Source: Diplonema japonicum (taxonomy: Eukaryota > Protista > Euglenozoa: Diplonemea). From it: DNA of 64,000 nucleotides. Location of the stretch: assembly GCA_964019335.1 (NCBI GenBank), contig OZ025683.1, forward strand, positions 496,001 through 560,000. Reading direction: 5' to 3'. The notes under the pieces were generated by a model, which made no database searches, had not been told where the DNA came from, and saw nothing but the letters and a program-made list of their open reading frames with translations. How positions within the stretch are numbered: position 1 is the first letter of the stretch; every line of letters starts with the position of its first letter. The position numbers and the translations under genes were made by a program. This document shows positions 48,528 through 60,700 of the stretch, piece by piece.

Positions 48528-48655
48528 AAGGTCAACACTTCTCTTCAACCGTTGTGGTGAGATATTTATTTTTTGCGTCTTGCGCCCAAGCCGTCGGACT
48601 CTGTTATGTGGATTGAGATTGTGAAAACTGGCAATCGTCTTAAAGTGTTGACCTT
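48528..48655. mobile_element. Candidate MITE or stem-loop element, 128 bp, with 13-bp perfect inverted repeats
   Basis: AAGGTCAACACTT (48528-48540) and AAGTGTTGACCTT (48643-48655); no clean target-site duplication. Confidence 0.4.
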
Positions 48656-48769
48656 GTTAGTCGTTAATATTCAAACCATTTTTAACATTATCAATTCTTT
48701 CAATTAGTTATATTAGTTCTTTGGTGGGACAATCTTCCCCCTTGACTCCACCAGATTGTTGTCTAAAAA

Positions 48770-48806
<37 letters not shown>

Positions 48807-48863
48807 CTTCCTTCGCCCACGGGCAAAAAAACCAAAATTTTGAACGTTGGACACAGGAAGGTA

Positions 48864-48894
<31 letters not shown>

Positions 48895-49217
48895 TCTTCC
48901 GGATTTGTCCCCAGCGCGGTGCGTTTAACTACGCGTACACCCCCTCTCCCGCCTTCTGACACGTAAGTTCACCATCCCTTTCATTTTTTTTTTTTTTTCA
49001 TTCTCTTTTATTTAAAGCGACTCGGATCAAACAATGCCCCAGCGGGGCTTTCCACTGTGTTTGATTCAGAAGATTAGTGCCTCTTGTCATACAAAACCCG
49101 TAGTATGTATTCTGAGTCGTTCGTTACCTTCTTCATTTTTTTTTTTTTTTTTTTTTTTTGGATGCATTTTAACATAACAAGGGGCTTACCTTACCCATCG
49201 ACAGGCAGAAGATCAAT

Positions 49218-51041
49218 ATGAACGCGTTGTTAGTGCTTGCTTGGGGTGTCCTGGCAAGCACGAACGAGCTCGCTGTGGGGGATAGGGGGGGCATCACCTA
49301 CCCAGAAGATGGCAGCAGGTACGATAACAACGAACAAGAGCAGTGGGTCATCAACTGCACTGATGTAGTGTACCTCACGTGGCAGAAGTTCGATCTGGAG
49401 GCGAGATACGACTTCTTGCGTATCACACACGATGACGGGGTCTTCGAGCTCGAAAGCTTCAAGTGGCCCAGAAGCCTCACAGGGCCCCTCACACTAGACT
49501 TCACTAGCGATGGGTCCGTCGTGAAGACCGGCTTCTCGATGGAGTGGTCTTGCGGAGTGAACCATGCCTTCATGTTCCCCGCCGGCAGCACAGGCCGCAT
49601 CAACTACCCCGCCTCAGGCCTTTACCCCAACCACGCGGTCGAGTACTTCAACATCAGCTGCGAGGGCACCGTGCACTTCGTGTGGGAAAGGTTCGACGTT
49701 GAAGTCCTCTTCGACAAGCTGACCATCGTCTCTCTCATTGACTCCTCGAACCTCAGGCTCGACAATTCCCGCACCCGCCCTCCCCGCATGCAAGGACCGC
49801 TCTTCCTGCTCTTCCAAAGCGATTTATCTGTAATGCGTAAGGGCTTCGCTTTCCGGTGGCAGTGTGGCGACAGGGAGGCGGGGTGCTTCCAGACACACCC
49901 CCGCTTTCTCTCCGAACGAGTAGAGCAAGCTGACACAAATAACAGACCTGCAAGTTGTGCGGTCAAGTGCACAGACCTGTCCTATCTTTACGCAGGAGTG
50001 GAAGGGGGGCAATGTCTATGCGGTAACTCCCTAACAGGGTCGAGGAAGACAGCAGCAACGAAGTGCAACGTAGCCTGCCCGGGGGACAGCATGTCCACAT
50101 GCGGCGGCACAAAGAGGATCAGTTTACATCGCCTCCCTGGCGCACCCGACCCCCCACCGGCAGTGAATCCCTCACCGATAGGGTGCTTCAAAGATGAGGA
50201 GGAAAACAGGAGGCTGAAGTACATATACGGGACTGCCTTGAACACGGTTGAGGAGTGTACGGATGTCTGCAGGCACAATGGGTACACGCACGCAGGGCTG
50301 CAGTCGGGGAACCAGTGCTGGTGCGGGCAAGGGAGTCAGGTGGCGTCGTCTGAACGTGCCTTGAGCACAGAGTGCGACACGGCCTGCACGGGGGACGCGT
50401 CGGCAACCTGCGGCGGGCACTACAGAAACAACATTTACGTCTTGAGTGGCGTGGTGGCGGAGGAGCCGCAGCCGTCTCTCGTGGGGTGTTATAGAGATGG
50501 CGCTTCGAACAGGAAGTTTGAGAGAGCAGGCGACAGCGAGGAGTTGACGGTGAACGAGTGCGCAGTGCTGTGCAGGCACAACGGGTACAAGTACGCAGGG
50601 CTGCAGTCGGGGAGCGAATGCTGGTGCGGACAGGACATCAGCACATCGGAGCGTCTCGTTACAAGCGCCTGTGACGCCCCCTGCACCGGCAACGCAAATG
50701 AGAAGTGTGGTGCAGCGTTTAAAAACAGCGTGTACCTTGTGGACGGGACGCAGTACACCCCCCCTGCTGCCGTCTACAAGGGATGCTACAAGGACGCATC
50801 GGCTAGGACCCTCCCTAAGTATGCGTACTCGAGCTACTGGAACACTGTGGAGGAGTGTACCGCCGTCTGCAAGGCACAGGGATATACTTTTGCAGGCATG
50901 CAGGCAAGGTTACAGTGTTGGTGCGGGAATGCGCTGCCCCCAGTCCCCAGATCTGAGAGGGAATGCAGGGCGGCTTGCAGAGGCAATCCCTCACAAATCT
51001 GTGGCGGCCATTGGCGGAACTCCGTCTACCAGCTGCTGTAG
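49218..51041 (+). CDS. Secreted protein with 2 CUB and 4 WSC domains (607 aa, intronless)
   Basis: Signal peptide. CUB motifs YDNN...W.I.C...FDLE..YDFL and F.SD.SV...GF (x2). WSC motifs GC[FY].D...TVEEC..C...GY.[HYF]AG.Q....CWCG...C...C.G.....CGG (x4). Confidence 0.92.
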   Translation: MNALLVLAWGVLASTNELAVGDRGGITYPEDGSRYDNNEQEQWVINCTDVVYLTWQKFDLEARYDFLRITHDDGVFELESFKWPRSLTGPLTLDFTSDGSVVKTGFSMEWSCGVNHAFMFPAGSTGRINYPASGLYPNHAVEYFNISCEGTVHFVWERFDVEVLFDKLTIVSLIDSSNLRLDNSRTRPPRMQGPLFLLFQSDLSVMRKGFAFRWQCGDREAGCFQTHPRFLSERVEQADTNNRPASCAVKCTDLSYLYAGVEGGQCLCGNSLTGSRKTAATKCNVACPGDSMSTCGGTKRISLHRLPGAPDPPPAVNPSPIGCFKDEEENRRLKYIYGTALNTVEECTDVCRHNGYTHAGLQSGNQCWCGQGSQVASSERALSTECDTACTGDASATCGGHYRNNIYVLSGVVAEEPQPSLVGCYRDGASNRKFERAGDSEELTVNECAVLCRHNGYKYAGLQSGSECWCGQDISTSERLVTSACDAPCTGNANEKCGAAFKNSVYLVDGTQYTPPAAVYKGCYKDASARTLPKYAYSSYWNTVEECTAVCKAQGYTFAGMQARLQCWCGNALPPVPRSERECRAACRGNPSQICGGHWRNSVYQLL

Positions 51042-51289
51042 CCTTTTGCTTGAACGTTGTTTGCAAATTGTCCCTTCACTTCACTTGAGACATTTGTGCA
51101 TGTCAATGACTTTTTCCTTTCCCCCAAGCAAAAAAAAAAAAGAAAAAAAAAAAAAAAAAAGGTCATTGAACAGGGAGGTCCCTTTCTCACCCACCTCTCC
51201 CCCTTTTTCTCTTACGTTCGAGAAGTTTTTCCGTTCGCTTTGGATAAGAAAGGGAAAGCTGTTTTCTTTTTTTCTTCTTATATTATTTG

Positions 51290-51322
<33 letters not shown>

Positions 51323-51463
51323 TTCAGTCAATTCTAATCATGCTTTGTTTTCTCCGGTGTGGTCGAAGGGGTCAGGGGGAAATACCATTTCGTGTAAGAG
51401 ATAGAGGACTATTCTGCCCCCCCCAAAAAAAAAGTCGTCATCTATCAAAACTTACCAATTTGG

Positions 51464-51521
<58 letters not shown>

Positions 51522-52790
51522 GCAAACGATAAACTTGCGAAAAAAGAGGTTGATTCAATTCAAAAGAAAAAGGGGGCTGGGCGCGCGTGTGCCTGCCTGA
51601 GGAACTTGTCCCCCTTTTTTTTTTCCTTTTTTTGTTTAGACAAGTCAGCGACCCCGTTCTTGCGTAAAACATTAACACGAATAGAAAAGAAAAAAAAAGG
51701 AGGGGGGAAATAAAAGAGAACTAAGAAAAGCACTCCTTTCGGGCTACAAAAACAATCTTATTAACCTGATACACCGCAGGGCGCAGGGGGGGGGGGGGGG
51801 GGGCAGAGGGGGTATACCGTGTTGAAGTTTTGTGCATTTTGAGCACCGGTACCGGGCTTTGTTCATTGAATTACTTATCACGGTAGGGGGCGGGGACGGA
51901 AAAAGGAAAAGCTGCGTTGTGTAAGGGGTTAACATGCCTACGAGTGTGTTTTGCCTTTCTTTTATTTTGCCCCCCTCGGTATTTACTTTTTATCTCTCTT
52001 TTCTCTTCTGCTTATTCTGATCAAAAAACAAAAAACAAAAAAAAGCAATAACAACAATGAATCTCTTTGCCCAGCAAAATCTGAGAGGTGATTGCACAAG
52101 TCGTACGTTACCACGCGTAGGCCACTGTGGTGGAGGGGGGGGGGGCGGGCAAACGGTGTTTCGTTTTGTTGTTTCTTTCTTTCCTTTCTTTTCCCCTTTG
52201 CTCAGCAAAAAAAAATAATAATAATAAAATATTTATCAATAATAATTTTAAAAAAAAAATGCGCTCTTTTTCTTTCGCTAGATGTACAGGGGCCAGCTAA
52301 CCCGCCATGTTCTGGCAGTCGGATGAACAAAAAAAAGGGGGGGGGGGAATGGCAAAGAAAAAAGTATTTTTTTTTCTGGTCCGTTTCCTTTTTTTTTTCT
52401 TTTTTTTTTTTGAAAAAAAAACCTTTCCGTCTCGCATGTCCATGTTTTTTTTTTTTTTTTCTTTAGAACAGAATACTTTTTTTTCGAAGAAAGCAAAAAA
52501 AAAAAAAAAAAAAGAGAAGAACTTTCCCGTCCAAGCTCTAAGACTAACGATTTTTTTTTTTTTTTTTTTTTTTCGTTTTCGGTTTTCTATGAAAAGAAGT
52601 TCGAAATGTAACAAAGTACTTTTCTGCGACTGTTCACACAACAAGAGAAGTTTTATCTTTCCAGCTGGTTGTAAAAACAAAAAAGGCTCATCAGAGAAAC
52701 CAGACAGAAAAAAAAGTATTTTGTGGTATTCGTTCTTCCTCTTTTCTAACTCGCTTGCGTATCTCCATAACCTGTCTGAAAAAAATATAT

Positions 52791-54357
52791 GGGTCGATTT
52801 CAAAAACCCCCCAAAATGAGGCCAATTGACACTTTCATTGCATCTTTGGGCATGCCACCCCCTTTAAAAAAATTTCTCCATATTTCCCGGCCCATATTAG
52901 GAAAGAACCCGGGTCAGAAATCGCTCAAGGGTGCTATTTTGACCTATGAAAAATTCAGTCTTAGGGTTTTAGTGGTTTTGGTAAAGTCAGAGAGCATGCT
53001 TTCAATAGCAAGAAATAGTGGAACTCACTGCTAGAAGGTGGCTGAAATGATGTTGGAAGTGGAAACCTTCATTTCCTAGTCTTCTGCGGCTGAGATGTGC
53101 TGCTGCTGAGTGGGCGACCTCGTTTCTTTTTCATACTATAAGGCCTTCTACCGCATTTTGGGGGGTTTTAAGAGGCTCATTCGTAGGTGTACTTGGTGCT
53201 TTGGGCTTGTCATGGGGTGTCGAGTATTTTTGTAATTTGGTTACTATTCTTTCTCGTTTTTCAAGTCCGGGAAGGCTATCAGGAACGTCCTCATACTCAT
53301 CACAAGATTCATAGACTGGGGGCCTTTTCTCTGCCCTGTCTGCAGCGAGTTCTTTGATGATGTACTTTAGTTCTTTCTAGCTCGTGGACGCGCACGTAGC
53401 AATACACCCTCCGGTGTGCTCCTGAGCTCATATGCACCTGTAAAATCCGGAAACTCAAGAATTTTCTTTTTGTACGGGCCAAAGACATCAGTAACTACAT
53501 GCACGGCGCACCGTATCGTATTGGTGATGTTAGCTATTTGTTCCACAGTTTTAATTGTTGTGGAACGAGGCACCCAAACCAAACACGAGAGAGCACACCA
53601 AAGTGGCTGTCCCTGTTGTTTTTGCCGTGTTTCTCCCCCAGAAACCACAGGGAAAACGTCCGATCGGGATATACATAACGAAGACCAAAAAGAACAAAGT
53701 AGCAAAATTCCTTTGCACGAAAGTGACGCCCTCCGTCAGTCCAGAGTATCCACTCCATTTTTTTCTTTATTTTTTTCTGTGCCCATGCTGTGGAACAAGA
53801 CTTTTCCAACAGTAAGGCCAGCTGCCCTTATTTCATCATGTGTGATGTGGTCAAGCCTCATGCCTCTGACCAATTGGCGCCGTGTGGTGTCTTGTTGGCT
53901 ACTAAATCAACCAGAAAATGATAGCAGAAGTGCCGCTAGAAGTTCCCCTTTACACACTACACCACAAACTAGTGCAGCACAGTCGTTGCCACTGAGCTTC
54001 TCAAAAACCTCTGTGGCGAGTGTGCCTGATCACCGTGGTGTTCCCATTTACCCTTTCTCGGTCCGAATACCATTTTTTTTTCACCCCTAGCTTCTCAACA
54101 GCAAGTTTAAAAGCATCCATTTTTGTCACCCCCTCTTTTACTGAATTTGTGCAAAGTGAAAAAACCCATTTTTGCCCCTAGGACTGAATTTTCTGGGTAC
54201 CAGTAACACTCACTTTCCCATTTTCTGGGGTGTTTTCTTTCCTAACCTGGGCCGGGAAAGTTGTAGAATTTTTTTTTTTTGGGGAAAAAGTACTTAGAGA
54301 AATATTGAAAGTGTCAATTGGCCTCATTTTTTTGGGGGGGGGTTTTGAAACGATGCC
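52791..54357 (-). mobile_element. Degenerate Sola-like (Sola2-related) DNA transposon, 1,567 bp
   Basis: About 180-bp imperfect TIRs sharing blocks TTTCAAAA(A)CCCCCC, AAAATGAGGCCAATTGACACTTTCA, TTTCCCGGCCCA..TTAGGAAAGAA and AAAATTCAGTC.TAGGG. ATAT on both sides (52787-52790, 54358-54361). Internal transposase remnant. Confidence 0.8.
53367..53809 (-). pseudogene. Frameshifted transposase remnant
   Basis: LWTDGGRHFR...WFLGEKHGKNNRDSHFG parallels the Sola2 SDG...F...HGK..CD motifs and continues in another frame (TTIKTVEQIANITNT...). The first catalytic Asp region was not seen. Confidence 0.75.
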
Positions 54358-54941
54358 ATATTTAGAAGAGGGAGCTGACGGGTTTTAGGGTATGCAACGA
54401 ATGCCTTTTTGTGACATCTCCGGACGGAAAAAGTTTGTAGTCTTTTATATCCCCCCCTCCAAAAAAAAGAAAGAAAAATTCTCTCCCTCCCCGATCAACA
54501 ATACGGGGGGAACTGTTGCATTTTTTTTGTTTCATTAATTTCCCTTTATTTGACCTCTCTCTCTCCCCCCCCCCCCCCCCCCCCCCCCCTCAATGATTCT
54601 CTGATATTGTTTTCTTTCAGACATAACAAAACTATCTTTCTTTTATCTCATTAGAAAAAAAAAAGAAAGCGCAGTTGACCTGGTAAACGTTGTTTTAACA
54701 AGCCCCCAATAAAGCAAAAAAAAAGAATAAATAATGAAATATACGGTGAACCCCTCCCCTTAGGTGACAACGACAAGCCGTGGGAAGCACCGGGCTGGGT
54801 GGTGACAATGAAAGAAAAAGAACTTTAAATAAAAAAAAAAAGAATAAAATGAATCTACTTTTTGTGGTTTTGGTACAAATGTGTTCCTTTTCCGGTGTGT
54901 GAGAGCATAAGGATAATGTTAGTTAAGATAAGTTTTTAGGC

Positions 54942-54976
<35 letters not shown>

Positions 54977-55953
54977 TTGTTGACTTCTTCTTTAAACAAG
55001 ACATCTAAGGAACCTCTCATACGTAGATTCAAGACAACCAAGAAGGGTGATTCTTCCCTCTGATCAGAGGAAAGGAGGAAGAAAGTTTGTTTTTTTTTTT
55101 TCTTTTTTTTTTTTCCCCTTTACTTATTTGTGATGATGTCGTAAGAAGTGTTAAAATGAATGCTGGCAGCGAAATGAGTTATAAATGATCACTTTTTTGC
55201 GAGGAGACATTTTGCACCGTTTCGCAGCCACAAAGGGATGCCATGGCCTATTCTTTTTTATTCTTCCTGGGGAAGCATTTCGAATATTAAAAAAAAAAGG
55301 GTTTTTTTTTATTCCGCGAGAAAAAGAAAAGAGTGGGGATGCCCTCCTGTGGTCGTTGCTGACACGTCTCACCTATCTGGTGGGGAATATTTTTTTTTTT
55401 GTCTCTTCTGTTTTACTTTCTTTACTTTCTTGTTATGGTTTGCTTTCTTTCTTTCTTCGCACGCCATGCTATCGAGATTGTTAAAAAGGAGGAACTTTCA
55501 ACTACAGTGAAAATCTTTAAAAAAAAAAAAAAAAAGAAATGTTTGGTGCGACATAGTCCCGTGCAGGCGCAGGGGTGTGCACGTGCACAGGTCGGCGATC
55601 TTCATGCACAGGGTACACAGGGGTTTGTAGTTGGAACCGGTTCCTTGGATCGACAGCTCCCCGGTCGTATTCAGCCGCATCGAAGGGGCAGTAGATCTGT
55701 TGGGTCCGTCGGGAGTAGCGTTGCGGTTGCAGAACCTGGGCAGCTCACTTCACTCATGGTGGCGCACTCAACGACATAAGGGGCGGGGCTGCAGCGTACC
55801 ATTCGGCTGTTTGGCACTGCTCGGCGCACACCGACCACAAATGGCTGGTGCAAGACCACGTCAGCAGGACAATCTGCACCCGTACACGGCTTCCAGCCCA
55901 TGCTCATATTTGGGATCCAGCCCCTTGTTCATCGTCGATGTCGATCATGGGAC

Positions 55954-56017
55954 GGTACATACCTGATTGGTGTAGGGTACACACCTGATTGGTGTAGGGT
56001 ACATACCTTATTGGTGT
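55954..56017. repeat. About 3 x 22-bp tandem repeat GGTACA(T/C)ACCTGATTGGTGTAG
   Basis: Units start at 55954, 55976 and 55998; no spacers. Confidence 0.9.
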
Positions 56018-57301
56018 TCTGGCCTCCGACATATTAACGGTCCTGGCTTGTGCTGCGCTTGCATAAGCCTTTCTTTTTTTGTTCTTCGAAGGATGCATGG
56101 TGACGGGATTGAAGGTACACAAGAGACGGGTTTCACGCTTTTCATCTCGCTACAAGATGAAATGAAGAATCGTCATACTCGAATTCGTCATACGGATTCT
56201 TTTTCTAAAGATGACAGTGAATTCTTTTTGCAGCGTGTGCAGACACCTCGCGCATTATTGTGTACACAAGCACTGAAAGAGACAAATGGGGGAGGGGGGG
56301 AAAGAAAAGACAAAGGAAAGCTTTGCTTACCTTGTTTTGTTTCTTTTGCTTTCTTTTTTGCACTTTCTCTCGTCTTCATATAACGACGTTTCGAATTCTT
56401 AATTTTTTTTTTTTTTTTCGCGACGGAACTTTGTGTGTTTCCCATTTTTCATCTCACCCCAGGTTTATAACCCAACAAAACCACTCGTACACAAAAAAAA
56501 AAAAAAAAAAAAGAAGAAACCTCCTTTTCGTGTGAAGCCAAACAAAAAGCGGAAGAAATGAGAAGAATCTTGCAGACAGCACTGCTGGGGTTGACTGTTG
56601 CTGCGCTCCTTGCAGGGGCGCAGGACACAGCGCCCTCAACAACATCGACCTCTGAGCCGCTGACGGTGACGTCGTTGGCCACGTCGCTGGCGGACACGGT
56701 GGACGCCTTCAGGGGGGCCGTGGCGGACGCCCTTGCGGACAGGGCGGACGAGGTGCTGGAGGCCCTCGGGGTGCAGGAGACGATTGAGGCGGTGACAGGG
56801 GCCCTCGACCAGCTGAACACCCTGAAGGACAAGGCGGTGGAGGCGGCGGACGGGTTGATGGAGTTCTTCGAAGACACCGCAACGGTCGAGACCTTCCTGG
56901 CCGACATCCCCAACCTCGCGAACAGCCTGAAGCCCTACATCCGCACCTTCTCCGGGCAGTGCAACGCGACGACCGCCTCGGCGAACAGGGCGGCGATGCT
57001 CCTCGAAGCGCAGCAGAACCACCAGAAGCGGAGGATGGTGAAGCCTCTGGAGGACTGCTGTGCGATCGGGTACCTCTGCGCCTCGAAAGCGAACGGGAAC
57101 TTCGGGTGCCCGCTCTTCACGGTGACGATCGGCTTCAGTGTCGCGTACGAGGGGCTGAAGGTAGGGAACTTCCAGTTCACCCCCTCTGTTGGGCTTGGGT
57201 GGAGCATCGGGTTGGAGGCTGTCCCGGGTGGAAGGGCAAACCTCTTTACGGGTCTGGGTCTTGGATGGGGTGCAGGCATTAACTACGAGAAGGAAACTGC
57301 T

Positions 57302-57757
57302 ACTCCTGTTCCTACTCCAGTTCCGACTCCTGTTCCTACTCCTGTCCCTACTCCAGTTCCTACACCAGTTCCCACTCCCGTCCCAACTCCAGTTCCCACT
57401 CCTGTCCCTACTCCGGTTCCTACACCAGTTCCCACTCCTGTCCCAACTCCAGTTCCCACTCCTGTCCCTACTCCGGTTCCTACACCAGTTCCTACTCCTG
57501 TCCCAACTCCAGTTCCTACTCCTGTCCCTACTCCGGTTCCTACACCAGTTCCCACTCCTGTCCCAACTCCAGTTCCCACTCCTGTCCCTACTCCGGTTCC
57601 TACACCAGTTCCTACTCCGGTTCCCACTCCTGTCCCTACTCCGGTTCCTACACCAGTTCCCACTCCTGTCCCAACTCCAGTTCCTACTCCTGTCCCTACT
57701 CCAGTTCCTACACCAGTTCCCACTCCTGTCCCAACTCCAGTTCCTACTCCTGTTCCT
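57302..57757 (+). repeat. 38 x 12-bp coding repeat (TPVP) with 60-bp higher-order periodicity
   Basis: Lines at 57361, 57421, 57481 and 57541 are near-identical 60-mers. Confidence 0.95.
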
Positions 57758-60700
57758 CGTACCCCTGCTCCTCCTACTTTTGCTCCCGGCACCCCTGCCC
57801 CTCCCACCCCTGCTGGGTGCACTAGCGACAACGACTGCGGACTGAACGAGATGTGCGAGAATGGGGTGTGCGTGGAAACCTCCGTTGGGCTCCACAGGGG
57901 AAAGGTTCTGTCTGTGGAGAAAGAGAGGGATGGGAAGGTGCTGTTTCGGAGGAGGACGAGGGCACGTTCGAGCGAGAAAACGGGCGAGAAGGGCTTCTTC
58001 GCCAACACGCTGTTCGAGGTGTCGCTGTCGGTGGAGTGGTTCGCGAGCGCGGGGGCCTTCAGCGGGTTCGCCTTCGAGGTCGGGATCGACATGCCTGCCA
58101 TCATCTCGTCGACTGTGGGGTTGTATCGGCGAGCACCTGGTGGGAGAACGTGCTGTTCGGAGGATTCGGGGTGAGCTTGAAGTCGTGGGGGAAGCACATC
58201 TTCACGAAGAAGAACAGGGATGCTATTAAGGACATGGACTTCGCGCTGGACGGACTAACGGGGAAGATCAGAGACGCGATCAAAGAGCTCCCGAGCTCCT
58301 GGTTGAGCCAGAAGAGAAACTCCACCACGAGCGCAAAGGGGAACAAGTGGTCCGGGATCGGGTTCAGCTTGGGGATGGCAGTGACGCTGGAGGACTCTAA
58401 CGAGGGGGCGAGTGTGGCTTACGACCCTGCTGCGTGCCCGATGAACTCCACTGCGAGCACCGACACGAAGGCACGCACGTACACGACGACAACCAGCAGC
58501 AGCAGCAGCATAAACACTACCACCACCACAAAGCACAGCACAAGAGAGCTTTTGGACGCCTCGTCAGACCTCGGAGACTTCTTGGAGCTCATCAAACCGA
58601 TTGTGCAGAAGGGAGAGATGACGATGCCCTTCTGCCTCGGAAACTGCGCTGCCCCAACGCCGACGGCGACGGTGTCCGGAACGGGTCGGATCGGGCAAGC
58701 CCCCGCATGCGACGGGGTGGAGGCGAGCGTCTGGGTGGACCAACTGACAGTGGCGAACGTTGCCTACTTGGTGACGAGCAGCTTCGACGAGGGGGTGGCG
58801 CAGGTGCTGGACACGGCCCTGTCGCCCATCCTGTCCTTCGGGATCAAGGACACGAAGCTCGCGCTGGCGATGACGACCTCGGGGGTGAAGCTGTACGCGA
58901 TCGGGTCGCCGAAGCTCCCGGACATCCTGGAGGGAGACTTCTTGGAGGTGGTGGGAGACGTGACGGAGAACTTCCGGGTGTCAGCGAGCGCGGAGCTGCA
59001 CTTCTCCGGGTCGGCCTTGCTGGAGCTGCGGATCGGGACGGACCCGGATACCTCGGAGAGCAACTTCGCGGTGGTGAACGTGGCGGGGACGCTCGGGATG
59101 AGCATCTACGTGCAGTACGAGCACGTGTTCTCGGGGGGTCTGCCACTGTCGAAGCTCGGGGTGAACATCCCGCTGAAGATCTGCGTGGAGCGGTGCGACG
59201 GGGCCTACGCGGACCGGTACTTCCTGTTCTTGATCGGGGACCTGTCGCTGGTGGTGAGCCCGACGGCGCAGCTGGTGCGCGGGTCGCTGAAGCTGGACGG
59301 GTGGTGGAACAACGCCCTGGGGCTTCCCTTCCTGCAGATAGGGGACATCATCCTCGGGGTGGAGTGGGATTTGAAGTCCCCGCTCCCGTCCGGGTTCGTG
59401 CTCGGCGGGGCGGTGTGCCTCGGGAAGGTGCAAAACTGCAAGACGCGGACACAGCCCTACATCGAGGGTCGCACCTACGTCGGGGTGAGCAGCACGGTTC
59501 CCGAGGACAACTTCTTCATCGCGATGGTATCGGAGCTCACGATCGGCGGGATCATCGGGGTCTTGTCGGACTTCGTGCCCGGGCTGGACGGGTTGGTGAT
59601 CCCCGGGAAGCTTGCGGAGTCCGGGATCTACCCCTTCGACAGGGACTACAAGACGAAGTGCGCGGGGATGCTGGGGGGCTACGCGAACGAGACGACTCTG
59701 GACCTGGAGTGCTTCGCCTTCTTCTCCTTCAGCCCGATCAAGGAGCAGAGGCTGACCTTCCGGAGCGGCGACGTGGTGATCCCGGCGGGGGTCGCCCTGC
59801 AGGGGCGCCTGAACTTCCTCGGCTGGGAGATCGCGATCGACCTCGCTGTGAGCAAGACGCGCTTCTACATCGACGCCTGGATGGACCCGGTGGACCTGAG
59901 GATCGGGGCCTTCCAGCTCCGCATCGGGAACCGCCTGGAGAACAAGGTGGCGGTGGGCGGGGCGAAGTTCCTGGTGGACCTGCAGGTGGCGCCGTCCCCG
60001 AAAGCCCTGATCGACATCGGGGGAGCCTTCGACATCCCGATGCTGAAGTCGTACGGCTACCTGAACGTGACCCTGAACGCGGAGATCTTTTCCTTCCGCG
60101 CAGGGATCGACCTCTTCGACGGGGCGCTGTCCTCGCACGTGAGCGTAACCTGGAACTGGGACCTCACCTACTTCAGGATGGAGCTGCGGGACATGAACTT
60201 TTTAGAGATCGTGAAGATTCGGCAGGTGCTCTTCATGTACGACACGAGCCGCCCGATCCCGTACGCCATCTTCTCCTGCGACATCCAGGTCCTGTTCATC
60301 AACCTGCGGGCGAGGGTGGAGGTGAACGGGAACGTGGTTAACTTCGCGGTGACGCTGGACTTGTCGCTGGTGGAGACGACGGTGAGCGGACGGGCGGTGG
60401 TTGCCTCGAGCTTCGAGGACTCGGAGTTCGACATCTCGGTGTCGGTGTCTTTGGGGGACCTCGGGCAGAAGATCGTGGACGGGATCAACGTGGCTGTGAA
60501 GGCGGTGGCGAAGGCGGTGACTGAGGCGTGGAACTACGTGTCGGAGAAGGTGACGCAGCTGTGGAACAACATCGTGAACATCTTTGAGACGGCCCTGAAC
60601 TACATCAAGGAGGCGGTGACGGAGTTCCTGAACAACGTGGCGGAGGTGATCCGGAACGTGGTGGAGGTGCTGAAGAAGGTTCCGATCCTGGGGGACCTGA

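Larger units (their letters stand above)
43160..56520. repeat. Homopolymer-rich intergenic zone (A/T runs up to about 50 nt, G/C runs) interleaved with short unique islands and mobile elements
   Basis: Many runs, e.g. 43771-43799, 51467-51519, 54944-54975. ORF-track hits here are poly-K/poly-F artefacts. Confidence 0.85.

Noticed and set aside
53416-54090. 224-aa plus-strand ORF inside the transposon
   Set aside because: Antisense to the transposase remnant, with no recognisable motifs.
55130-55192. Box C/D snoRNA candidate (GTGATGA...ATGATCAC)
   Set aside because: The D box is ATGA rather than CTGA, the terminal stem would overlap the boxes, and no rRNA guide was recognised.
55954-56017. 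Short palindromic direct repeats as a CRISPR array
   Set aside because: Units are contiguous with no spacers, there are no cas genes, and the context is eukaryotic.
43076-56535. Poly-Lys and poly-Phe ORFs
   Set aside because: Translations of A/T homopolymer runs.
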